Positions 1 to 7,651 of a stretch of 23,659 bases of DNA are shown here, piece by piece; the stretch's first letter is position 1, and each line of letters begins with the position of its first letter. The stretch is from Terrimicrobiaceae bacterium (GTDB lineage Bacteria > Verrucomicrobiota > Verrucomicrobiia > Chthoniobacterales > Terrimicrobiaceae): contig JBIIPZ010000041.1 in assembly GCA_044342325.1 (NCBI GenBank), forward strand, positions 1-23,659. Reading direction: 5' to 3'. The notes beneath the pieces were generated by a model, which was not told where the DNA came from, did no database searches, and saw nothing but the letters and a program-made list of their open reading frames with translations. Made by a program: the position numbers and the translations under genes.

Positions 1-96
1 CCATTAGCCAAGAAGTCCTTCTCAAATCCGCTCCCGGAACCCGTAAAAAATCAAGCCGCAAAATCATCCCAAACGGGTCTTAACTTAGCGCCATTC
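1..96. mobile_element. Probable end of an IS4-family insertion sequence (terminal inverted repeat at 79-96); rest of element outside window
   Basis: 79-96 CTTAACTTAGCGCCATTC (revcomp GAATGGCGCTAAGTTAAG) resembles the IS4 IR as recalled (TAATGCCGATCAGTTAAG). UbiB-like sequence (GPTFIKFGQ) starts exactly at 97, and 1-96 lacks the expected RLRLALEEL-type UbiB helix. Confidence 0.55.
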
Positions 97-1578
97 GGGC
101 CGACATTTATCAAATTTGGGCAGATCGTGAGTTCGCGTCGCGATTTGGTAAACGCGGATTACTTCGGCGAGCTGCGCAAACTTCAGGACGATGTTCCCAC
201 TTTCCCCGGAAAAGAAGCGAAGCATATTTTCCACGAGGAAATAGGGATGAGCGCGAACAGAGCCTTTGCCTCCTTCGACGAGGAGCCCATGGCTGGAGCG
301 TCGATTGCCCAAGTGCATCGGGCCACGACGCATCAAGGAGTAGCTGTGGCCGTAAAAATCCAGCGTCCTGGCATTCAGGCTCTCATCGATAGGGATCTCT
401 CCATCCTGCACGACTTGGCGAGTCTTTTAGAGAAGCATGCTCCGGATCTTGCCGTTATCAACCCGCTCGGTGTCGTGAAGGAATTTTCAAAAACTATCCT
501 GAAAGAGCTCGATTTTAGCAATGAAGCCGACAACATGGAACGCTTTGCTATTCAGTTTGATAAAAATGAGGCCATCAAGATTCCTGGCGTCCTGCGTGAG
601 TTCAGTAGCAAGAAGGTCCTGACCATGGAGTTTATCTCGGGCTGTGCTGTCACTGATCCCAAGGTGCTCCGGAGGCATCACATCAACCCGATCCTGCTTT
701 CGGAAAACATCTCCAAGCTTATCTTCAAGCAAATCTTCGTGCATGGGTTCTTCCACGGGGATCCTCATCCCGGCAATATGGTCGTGCTACCGGGGGGAGT
801 CATGGGACTCTACGACTTTGGAATGATGGGGGAATTTTCCATGGGCTTTCGATCGAGCGTGGCCAATCTCCTTGCCGGCTTGGCGGAGAAGGACAACAGG
901 CAGGTCATGAGCGCACTTGTCGATATGTCCGAATCAGGAAAATTAATCGATTCGGAAAAGATGCTGCGAGCTGTCGAAGAGTTCAGCAACAAGAACCTTA
1001 CCAAGCCACTCGCGCAGATTCACCTTTCAGGCGTTTTTAACAAGTTGCAGGAACTCTTGCGCGATCAACATCTCCAAATGAAGGGGAGCTTCTACTTGGG
1101 CATTAAGGCCCTCTCCCAAATCGAAGCGATCGGCCGTGAACTCAATCCCAAACTCAATTTCGTCGTCATTGGACAGCCCTACGCGATCAGGATGCTTGAG
1201 ACGAAATATCGCCCCGAGCACATTTATCATATCCTGAGGAAGCTCTCGTCGACCTCGCTCGACATCTTGGATGATTTCCCGGGAGACATCCGCATCCTGT
1301 GGAAACGCCTGCAGCGTGGTGAAATCAGTATTCCCATCCAGCATAATATTGATGCGAAAGGTATTGAGCCTCTTCGGAAGACACTGAATACAACCTTCAA
1401 CCGACTTGGCAACGCCATCCTCACCGCCGCTGTCTTGATCTGTTCGACAAACCTCATTCGCTCCGACCTCTCGCCGAAAATCTGGGGGATCCCCGCGCTT
1501 GGGTTAATCGGGTTGGCCTGGGGGGTGTGGATGTGCTTCAGACACGCGATCTCCACCCGGCGCAGCGACGGACTGTGA
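97..1578 (+). CDS. UbiB/ABC1 (AarF) atypical kinase family protein, 5' end apparently disrupted (first usable start GTG 127)
   Basis: Motifs GPTFIKFGQ, ASIAQVH, VAVKIQRP, ELDF..EA, FFHGDPHPGN and DFGM, plus hydrophobic C-terminal helices. Confidence 0.9.
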   Translation, partial: GPTFIKFGQIVSSRRDLVNADYFGELRKLQDDVPTFPGKEAKHIFHEEIGMSANRAFASFDEEPMAGASIAQVHRATTHQGVAVAVKIQRPGIQALIDRDLSILHDLASLLEKHAPDLAVINPLGVVKEFSKTILKELDFSNEADNMERFAIQFDKNEAIKIPGVLREFSSKKVLTMEFISGCAVTDPKVLRRHHINPILLSENISKLIFKQIFVHGFFHGDPHPGNMVVLPGGVMGLYDFGMMGEFSMGFRSSVANLLAGLAEKDNRQVMSALVDMSESGKLIDSEKMLRAVEEFSNKNLTKPLAQIHLSGVFNKLQELLRDQHLQMKGSFYLGIKALSQIEAIGRELNPKLNFVVIGQPYAIRMLETKYRPEHIYHILRKLSSTSLDILDDFPGDIRILWKRLQRGEISIPIQHNIDAKGIEPLRKTLNTTFNRLGNAILTAAVLICSTNLIRSDLSPKIWGIPALGLIGLAWGVWMCFRHAISTRRSDGL

Positions 1579-1635
1579 GGGACTTGAGATTTGCGCTGCG
1601 GCGCGTCCCTATCGATGGGAATCAAAAGTGCCGCC

Positions 1636-1983
1636 TCACATTTTCTTGATGAAATCTTGAAGAGTCGATGCCCCGTCTTCTATCGCTTGCGAGAGAGTCT
1701 TAGAGGCCTTGCCCAGCAGGCTGTGGGCTTTCCTTTTGGCGAGGATACGGGACTCATCCGTGGTTTGGGCTCCTTCGCGGATGCCAGTGCGCAGCAACGC
1801 CGTGGCCTCATCGAGGAATTTCAGCGCTTGTGTCGCCAGTTTATTATGATGAACGATTGGATTGCTTCTGACTTTGGGGGCAAGCTTCGCGAGGACAGAC
1901 TTTTTCTTTGTCGCTGGTTTTTTAGCGCCACGCTTGATGGTCGCTGGTTTTTTGGATGCGAGGCGGTGCGTGTGTGTTGTCAT
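1636..1983 (-). CDS. Hypothetical basic, helical small protein (Lys/Ala-rich N-terminus)
   Basis: ATG-started 115 aa ORF with KKPAT repeated twice then amphipathic helices; fills the gap between flanking genes. Confidence 0.7.
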   Translation of the reverse strand: MTTHTHRLASKKPATIKRGAKKPATKKKSVLAKLAPKVRSNPIVHHNKLATQALKFLDEATALLRTGIREGAQTTDESRILAKRKAHSLLGKASKTLSQAIEDGASTLQDFIKKM

Positions 1984-2109
1984 ATTCCCAATTTAGAAGA
2001 TCGGATGCGCTGTCGGTATAAGTAGTTTTCAGACCTGTTGTGACCAAAGCCCGCAGACCGGATAGGCAGCGGAATTCGCGTTTTTTGGAGTCGCTGGTAG
2101 ATTGTAAGA

Positions 2110-2696
2110 ATGAACTCCACATTGATCGTCTCTGCGCTCGTCGTTATGGGCGTCGCCTTGTCCATTTGGGGCTGCAAGACATCCCGTTCGGGATATGAAT
2201 CAGCGCCCTACTCTGCAGTCCTCTCGGATGGTAAATACGAGCTGCGTGACTACCCGGAGTTGACCATTGTCGAGACAACCATGCCCCAAGAGGGTGGTGG
2301 TGAAAATTCAGGATTCGGCAAATTGTTCCGCTACATCACAGGCAACAACAAAGGTAAGGAATCAATCGCCATGACCACGCCGGTGTTCATTTCCCGGATC
2401 TCCACACCATGGCATTTGTCCTGCCAGCTAAGTCCTCTGCTGACCGCGCCCCTGCACCTCTGGACTCCTTGTTGAACATTAAAAAAATCCCTGCAGGCCG
2501 ATTCGCTGTGCTTCGGTTCAGCGGCTCTCGCTCCGCAGCGAAGGAATCGGAATGCCTTGCCCTCCTGAAAAGTTGGATCACCGCCAAAGGTCTCACAGCC
2601 GTCGATCCGGCGATCTATGGCTTTTTCGATCCACCATGGACCCCCTCATTTTTGCGGCGCAACGAAGTCATGCTGCGTCTCGCACCCAAGCAATAG
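2110..2696 (+). pseudogene. SOUL heme-binding family protein, frameshifted near 2392-2408 (pseudogene or sequencing error)
   Basis: First frame: signal/lipobox-like IWGC, YE..PY, YELRDY, FGKLFRYITGNN, IAMTTPV. Second frame (2409-2696): MAFVLP, AVLRFSG, FDPPWTPSFLRRNEVM. Both halves are SOUL motifs. Confidence 0.85.
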
Positions 2697-2761
2697 CTGC
2701 GCTTTTCTCCGTCCTGAGACAAAACCGGGATATTGCCTCCGATTTCTCAAAGAAATTTTAG

Positions 2762-2833
2762 CAGGCTAAATGGAGTATCAGGGAATCATCCCACTGGCGC
2801 GGAGCGTTGAGACTGGTAGCCTCGCGCCGTTGA
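2762..2833 (+). pseudogene. Possible 3' remnant of a deleted gene (perhaps the SAM methyltransferase typical of such PKS operons)
   Basis: Frame from 2762 reads QAKWSIRESSHWRGALRLVASRR*. Its TGA (2831-2833) overlaps the TTG (2830) start of the oxidoreductase (TTGA coupling). Family assignment is from memory only. Confidence 0.3.
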
Positions 2834-3828
2834 AAAACCCAATCACCATAGCGGGAGGCGGACTTGCCGGGCTGTCGCTGGGCATCGCCTTGCAATCTCG
2901 TGGAGTGGCGGTGACTCTGCACGAGGCATCCGCCTACCCGAGGCACCGTGTGTGTGGGGAATTCATCAGCGGCGTGGGTCGGGAAACGCTGGCTGCTCTT
3001 GGAATCGCCGATTGCCTGGACGATGCGACGCGTTTGCAAAGCGCCTCCTGGAGCGACTCGGCGGGACGGCTCGCGGAAATGCAGGCTCCCGGTCGCGGAA
3101 TTTCACGTTGGAAACTCGACGATCACCTGCAGCGGCAGTTCGTTTCGCTCGGTGGCGCACTTGTCAGCAACTCGCGCATCGCACCGGATCCAGGCGTCAT
3201 CTGGGCGGCAGGTAGGCCTCGGCAGCCATCTCCATGGTTGGGCCTGAAATGCCATGCGCGCAACCTGCCGCTCACGCATGATCTCGAAATGTTCACCTCG
3301 CCCGGCGGCTATATCGGCCTCGCAAAAATCGAAGACGGCATGGTGAATATCTGCGGTCTGTTCAAGGCCCGGCCTGCTCGTGGAGCCAAGGGAAGCGCCC
3401 TGCTTCTAACCATGCTCCGCGAATCTTCGCTTCATACGCTCGCAGACCGCTTGGAGGCGGCCGACTTGGATGAATCGAGCTTCTGCGGTGTCGCTGGATT
3501 TCAAACCGGTCTGCAGTCCGGACCCGCCTTCAGCATCGGCGATGCAGCCAGCATGATCCCGCCTTTTACAGGAAACGGGATGAGCATGGCATTTGAGTCC
3601 GCCGAGTGCGCGCTACAACCCGCGCTGGACTACGCCGCCGGCCGCAAATCGTGGCTGGAAGCTGCGGAGGCCTCCACCGCCAGCCAGGCCTCCCGCTTCA
3701 AACGACGCCTGACAACCGCCACCATCCTGCACCATCTCTTAATGAATCGGACCGCGCTACGAATCACCCGCACCCTTGCCCGCAGGAAAATGATGCCTTT
3801 TCAAACCCTTCTCCACCTCGTCCGCTGA
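2830..3828 (+). CDS. FAD-dependent oxidoreductase (geranylgeranyl reductase/halogenase-like monooxygenase family)
   Basis: N-terminal ITIAGGGLAG Rossmann motif, HRVCGEFIS, IGDAASMIPPFTGNGMSMA. TTG 2830 preferred over ATG 2770 because the dinucleotide fold starts there. Confidence 0.85.
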   Translation: MKNPITIAGGGLAGLSLGIALQSRGVAVTLHEASAYPRHRVCGEFISGVGRETLAALGIADCLDDATRLQSASWSDSAGRLAEMQAPGRGISRWKLDDHLQRQFVSLGGALVSNSRIAPDPGVIWAAGRPRQPSPWLGLKCHARNLPLTHDLEMFTSPGGYIGLAKIEDGMVNICGLFKARPARGAKGSALLLTMLRESSLHTLADRLEAADLDESSFCGVAGFQTGLQSGPAFSIGDAASMIPPFTGNGMSMAFESAECALQPALDYAAGRKSWLEAAEASTASQASRFKRRLTTATILHHLLMNRTALRITRTLARRKMMPFQTLLHLVR

Positions 3829-4850
3829 TGTATCTCCAATCCCTCGCCACAGCTTTTCCGCAGCACTCCTTCACACAGGCCGAGTGCTTTGAAACCCTCA
3901 AGAACTCGGGCGCGATGGATGGCCTGCGCGGACGCTCCAGAGAGCTTCTCCAAAAAGTTCTGACTGGAAATTCCGGCATCGAAACGCGCCGGTTTTGCGA
4001 TCCAGATTTAAGGAAGACCTTCGGCTTCGATGCCGGGGAGTTACATCAGCACTTTGAAGAACACGCGCCTCGACTGGCCTCGGAGGCGCTTCTCAAAGCC
4101 TGCGATCTCGCCTCGATCAAGCCCACTGCCATCGATGCGCTGTTGGTCTGCACCTGCACGGGCTATCTGTGCCCGGGCTTGAGCAGTTACATTTCAGAGC
4201 GTCTGGGAATCCGCCAGAATGCCTTTCTCCAAGACCTGCTCGGCCTCGGCTGCGGTGCGGCCTTGCCTCTTCTGGAATCCGCTCGCGGCCTGCTCGCAGC
4301 GAATCCGCAAGCGACCGTGGCCACGGTAGCCGTGGAAATTTCCTCGGCCGCTTTTTACCTGAACGACGAGCCCGGAGTGCTCATCAGCCTCTGCCTCTTT
4401 GGCGACGGAGCCGCCGCGGCCATCTGGAAAGGTGAGAACCAAGGCGGGCAATTCCGCTTCCAGAATTTCCGCACCATCCACAAACCCGAACACCGGGAGA
4501 AAATCCGCTTCGTTAATGCCGGTGGTCGGCTCAAAAACCAGCTCCACCGCGAAGTCCCCGCCCTTGCAGCTGAAGCGGTCGCCGAGCTTTTTGAAATGCG
4601 GTCGAGCAAGCCAGATCAGCTCATCGCGCACACTGGTGGACGCGATGTGATCGAGGCCATCGAGCGCGCGATTCCCTCGCACCAGTTGTGCGCCACGCGG
4701 GAGGTTCTTCGCCAATACGGCAACATCAGCAGCCCAAGCGTCCTCGCGGCGCTGGAGCATTCCCTAAAAAACTCACCCGAAATCGCAAGCCTCTGGCTCA
4801 CCGCCTTCGGCGCCGGCTTCGCCGCCCACTGCGGCGAGCTCACGCGTTGA
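3828..4850 (+). CDS. Type III polyketide synthase (chalcone/stilbene synthase family)
   Basis: CTCTG, catalytic Cys (GLGCGAA), LFGDGAAA, His (AHTGG), Asn (YGNISS) and AFGAG. ATG 3828 overlaps the upstream TGA (TGATG). Confidence 0.92.
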   Translation: MYLQSLATAFPQHSFTQAECFETLKNSGAMDGLRGRSRELLQKVLTGNSGIETRRFCDPDLRKTFGFDAGELHQHFEEHAPRLASEALLKACDLASIKPTAIDALLVCTCTGYLCPGLSSYISERLGIRQNAFLQDLLGLGCGAALPLLESARGLLAANPQATVATVAVEISSAAFYLNDEPGVLISLCLFGDGAAAAIWKGENQGGQFRFQNFRTIHKPEHREKIRFVNAGGRLKNQLHREVPALAAEAVAELFEMRSSKPDQLIAHTGGRDVIEAIERAIPSHQLCATREVLRQYGNISSPSVLAALEHSLKNSPEIASLWLTAFGAGFAAHCGELTR

Positions 4851-5144
4851 AATAACGCTATTTGTTCTCATTGCAGTCATTCTCTTTCGCTCGCGAATTT
4901 TCACCTGCGCTGCCTTTGGATAACTTGGCGCAGAATAGCAGCGTTATCTGCTGACGAGCCTTTGAGCAAAGATGGCCGAGTATGAACCGAAGAGATCGGT
5001 TACAAACTGACCGAGGACATGGGTTCCACATAAACCAAAAAAAACAAAAACTGGATTGTCCGCTTTTTTCTTGTTTTGACTGATAGGCAAGAATTTTCTG
5101 TGACCAATGAACGATCGGTAGAAAAATATTCGCTTTAAGTCCAT

Positions 5145-5540
5145 ATGGCCATTTCTAAAGCTGAGGCTCAAGTCATCGAGTGGATCGAGTGTCGCGACTA
5201 CGCGGCACTGTTTACAAGAATGTGCTGCGCTCATTTCGCACTTGTCTCGCATAAAGCTGGATTAGGTGACATATATTGCCTTCAAAGCTTACATCATCCG
5301 CGATTTCTTGGCCACGTGTTCGTAATTAATTCTCTAAAAAGACTTTTTGATGTTATCGGATACCGCGCTATTTCAGAGATGCTAACAACTCTGAAATGGT
5401 GCGTTGCGCCACATCTGCCGTGCTATGAGGCAAGAGTCAGAGAAGAAATTGATTCTATTGGTCTATCTGCATATACAACATCCAAAATTTTTTACACCGC
5501 CGAGACCCTTTTGAAATCAATACTTGAACAAAATGAATAG
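5145..5540 (+). CDS. Hypothetical protein (cassette ORF 1)
   Basis: 131 aa AT-rich ORF; stop TAG is immediately followed by attC-like R'' GCCGAAC. Confidence 0.6.
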   Translation: MAISKAEAQVIEWIECRDYAALFTRMCCAHFALVSHKAGLGDIYCLQSLHHPRFLGHVFVINSLKRLFDVIGYRAISEMLTTLKWCVAPHLPCYEARVREEIDSIGLSAYTTSKIFYTAETLLKSILEQNE

Positions 5541-5655
5541 GCCGAACTGGCCGGCGCAGCTCATCCCCATGCCTTCGGCACTTTTGTTATGCTTCCTGCT
5601 TGCGCAGGAGATCATGCCAAAAGCAAGTGGGGATACCTGACGGGGGACTTTAGCC
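5541..5655 (+). repeat. attC-like site 1 (full length, R' core mutated)
   Basis: GCCGAAC-9nt-CAGCTCATCCCCA ... TGGGGATACCTGA-8nt-TTTAGCC. Inner arms CTTTTGTTATG/CATGCCAAAAG and TCCTGC/GCAGGA form a long imperfect hairpin with an extra C in the left L box. Confidence 0.75.
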
Positions 5656-5720
5656 AAGAAATATTCGCGATTTGTAGCATGATTCCTTATACTCCACCCG
5701 CAACCTGATCAAATAAAGCT

Positions 5721-6026
5721 ATGCAAGACGACACACCACCACCATCAGCGCAAGTGACAGCGTCAATTCCAAAGGGTTCGAGTCGCTGGAATCCCATTCT
5801 GCCGTTCGTAATCTCGGTTATCGGCAGCCTCACCTTCATATTCGCATCAGGCACGACATTCTCCAGCGCGCTGACAACTTTTGCGCTCTGCTTTGCCGTC
5901 GCATACATCACCCAGATCATTTTCGGACGCTTTTTTCTCGCGCTGCCATTTTTCGATACCGTGTCCACAACAGCCGACCAGTCCAAGCTCAGCGGGTCCG
6001 CGCCAGGCAATCCAAAAAAGCAGTAG
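5721..6026 (+). CDS. Hypothetical small membrane protein (cassette ORF 2)
   Basis: 101 aa with two hydrophobic segments; the C-terminal tail reads through the next attC-like site. Confidence 0.55.
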   Translation: MQDDTPPPSAQVTASIPKGSSRWNPILPFVISVIGSLTFIFASGTTFSSALTTFALCFAVAYITQIIFGRFFLALPFFDTVSTTADQSKLSGSAPGNPKKQ

Positions 6027-6040
6027 CTTCGACGTTGGGC
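5973..6040 (+). repeat. attC-like site 2 (degenerate)
   Basis: GCCGACC (5973-5979) then GTCCAAGCT ... AGCTTCGAC followed by a perfect GTTRRRY core GTTGGGC (6034-6040), 24 nt before the next ATG. Confidence 0.55.
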
Positions 6041-6064
6041 AGAAAAAACAAACCACAGTTTACG

Positions 6065-6520
6065 ATGAAAGATTGCATTTTTTGCCAGATTGTTCGCGGA
6101 GAAGTTCCCTCCCATAAATTTTGGGAAGACCAGGATCATATTGCATTTCTTTCCATTTTTCCCAATACGCTTGGATTCAGCGTAGTTATTCCACGACACC
6201 ACTATCCCAGCTATGCATTCGCGCTTCCCGACGATGAGCTTTCAAAACTCGTCATTGCCGCGAAGCAAGTCGCTCAATTACTTGATCAGAAGCTTGACGG
6301 CGTTGCTCGGACTGGGTTGATTTTTGAGGGCTACGGCGTTGACCATGTTCATGCCAAGCTGTTTCCAATGCACGGCACTGGAAGCGACAGTTCATTTCAC
6401 CGGATTCACTCTAGTATCGATAAGTTTTTTACAAAATACGAAGGATATATTTCATCACATGACTGGAAGCGTGCGGATAATGCTGAATTGGCGGCATTGG
6501 CAGCACACCTGCGCAGTTGA
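6065..6520 (+). CDS. HIT family hydrolase (cassette ORF 3)
   Basis: MKDCIFCQIV, AFLSIFP, VVIPRHH, and triad variant VDHVHAKLFP. ATG 6065 preferred since TTG 6035 lies within the attC core. Confidence 0.9.
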   Translation: MKDCIFCQIVRGEVPSHKFWEDQDHIAFLSIFPNTLGFSVVIPRHHYPSYAFALPDDELSKLVIAAKQVAQLLDQKLDGVARTGLIFEGYGVDHVHAKLFPMHGTGSDSSFHRIHSSIDKFFTKYEGYISSHDWKRADNAELAALAAHLRS

Positions 6521-6524
6521 AGAT

Positions 6525-6587
6525 CTGGGCGCGATCCCGGGATCTGCCGCGCCAGCGGTCCGGTGCCGATGATCTTGGACGTTCGGC
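6525..6587 (+). repeat. attC-like site 3 (3' half only)
   Basis: Inner hairpin CTGGGCGCG/CGCGCCAG around palindrome ATCCCGGGAT, then ATGA-8nt-GTTCGGC (6581-6587) 6 nt before the next ATG. No R''/L'' left after the HIT stop. Confidence 0.6.
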
Positions 6588-6593
6588 AGTAAT

Positions 6594-7046
6594 ATGAACA
6601 TGCTTAGAATACTCCTCGCAACTTGTCTGTTGATATTTGCATCAGGATGTGCATCTTTGCCGCGAAACCAGCCCATGACAAATCCTGTAAATTACTTTGA
6701 GATCCCAGTCCGCGATATGGATAGGGCGATCAGCTTCTACTCGAAGACCTTTGATATGACATTCGAGAGAAAAGAGATCGATGGCAACGAGATGGCGCTA
6801 TTCCCATATCAACCGAGTGGCGAGGGTGCCACTGGCGCACTTGCGAAAGGAGAAAGTTATGAGCCATCCTTGAAAGGCACTCGGGTCTATTTCTCAACGC
6901 AAGATATTGATGCCACGCTCCGAAATGCGATTTCATCGGGCGGGAGGTTGATCTACCCCAAGACAGACGCCGGTGATTACGGATTTGTGGCTGAATTTGA
7001 GGACTCAGAAGGAAACTGCATAGCACTTCACATGAAAAAACCATAA
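6594..7046 (+). CDS. VOC/glyoxalase-bleomycin resistance family protein (cassette ORF 4)
   Basis: NPVNYFEIPV.D..RA..FY, VYF...DID, A.FEDSEGN.IALH. Possible lipoprotein signal (FASGC); alternative start 6675. Confidence 0.9.
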   Translation: MNMLRILLATCLLIFASGCASLPRNQPMTNPVNYFEIPVRDMDRAISFYSKTFDMTFERKEIDGNEMALFPYQPSGEGATGALAKGESYEPSLKGTRVYFSTQDIDATLRNAISSGGRLIYPKTDAGDYGFVAEFEDSEGNCIALHMKKP

Positions 7047-7047
7047 G

Positions 7048-7074
7048 GCCGACCGGGGAAATGAAGCTAATCCC
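7048..7074 (+). repeat. attC-like site 4 (5' half only)
   Basis: Right after the stop: GCCGACC-9nt-AAGCTAATCCC, with the same spacing and sequence as the left arms of sites 1 and 5. GCCGACC is 6/7 complementary to this cassette's upstream core GTTCGGC. Confidence 0.55.
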
Positions 7075-7083
7075 TTCGAAATC

Positions 7084-7608
7084 ATGCCAATCATAGAATG
7101 CACAGATGAACTGATGCGGGATGCCGAGTCTCTTGTGAAGAGTGTTTTTCCATCGATGACACCACTCGAGCGACTGAGCTTCATCGCCATCAGGCGACCG
7201 GAGAGTCTTGCTGGTCGTTTACTCATGTGGCTCGCTGGGGTAAAGTCCAAGGTTGCATTTGCAGTGTATATCGACGAAACAAATGCAGTGCTTGGCACAA
7301 CTGGGCTGTATCAATACAAGAGGGATGCACAGGAGGCCATGTGGGTTTCTTGGTTCTGCGTCGATCCCAAAGCGAGGGGGAAAGGTATTGGGCAAAAGCT
7401 AATTGAGCATACAATATGCTTGGCAGCTCAAGCCGGTTTCCAACGGCTCCGCCTCTACACCTCAACAGATCCGAATGAAGAAGCCGCGCAGCGACTTTAT
7501 GAAAAAAATGGCTTCAAGGAAATCAGGCGGGAAAAAGGGCTTTTCGGAACCAAGATTTTCCGAGAGAGAGAAATCAAAGAACAAAATAGTCCAGCTAATC
7601 CCCTATAG
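7084..7608 (+). CDS. GNAT family N-acetyltransferase (cassette ORF 5)
   Basis: Motif A WFCVDPKARGKGIG and motif B AAQRLYEKNGF; last codons run into attC-like site 5. Confidence 0.9.
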   Translation: MPIIECTDELMRDAESLVKSVFPSMTPLERLSFIAIRRPESLAGRLLMWLAGVKSKVAFAVYIDETNAVLGTTGLYQYKRDAQEAMWVSWFCVDPKARGKGIGQKLIEHTICLAAQAGFQRLRLYTSTDPNEEAAQRLYEKNGFKEIRREKGLFGTKIFREREIKEQNSPANPL

Positions 7609-7647
7609 CCATCGCCTTTCAGGGATTGCTGACCACCAAAATTCCGC
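7576..7647 (+). repeat. attC-like site 5 (L boxes intact, R boxes decayed)
   Basis: AAAGAAC-9nt-CAGCTAATCCC ... GGGATTGCTGA-8nt-ATTCCGC. Left L arm has one extra base versus the right arm; next ATG 4 nt later. Confidence 0.65.
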
Positions 7648-7651
7648 ATAG

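Noticed and set aside
2385..2410. Programmed -1 frameshift in the SOUL gene
   Set aside because: In-frame codons ATT TCC CGG give no X XXY YYZ slippery heptamer; an indel is simpler.
3606..3827. N-terminal extension of the PKS ORF (similarly 2770, 6035 and 11919 starts)
   Set aside because: Extensions overlap neighbouring genes or sites and carry no family motifs; better-coupled downstream starts exist.
4919..4948. GATAAC...GTTATC inverted pair as an attC site
   Set aside because: Only 30 bp, no L boxes, and not adjacent to a cassette ORF.
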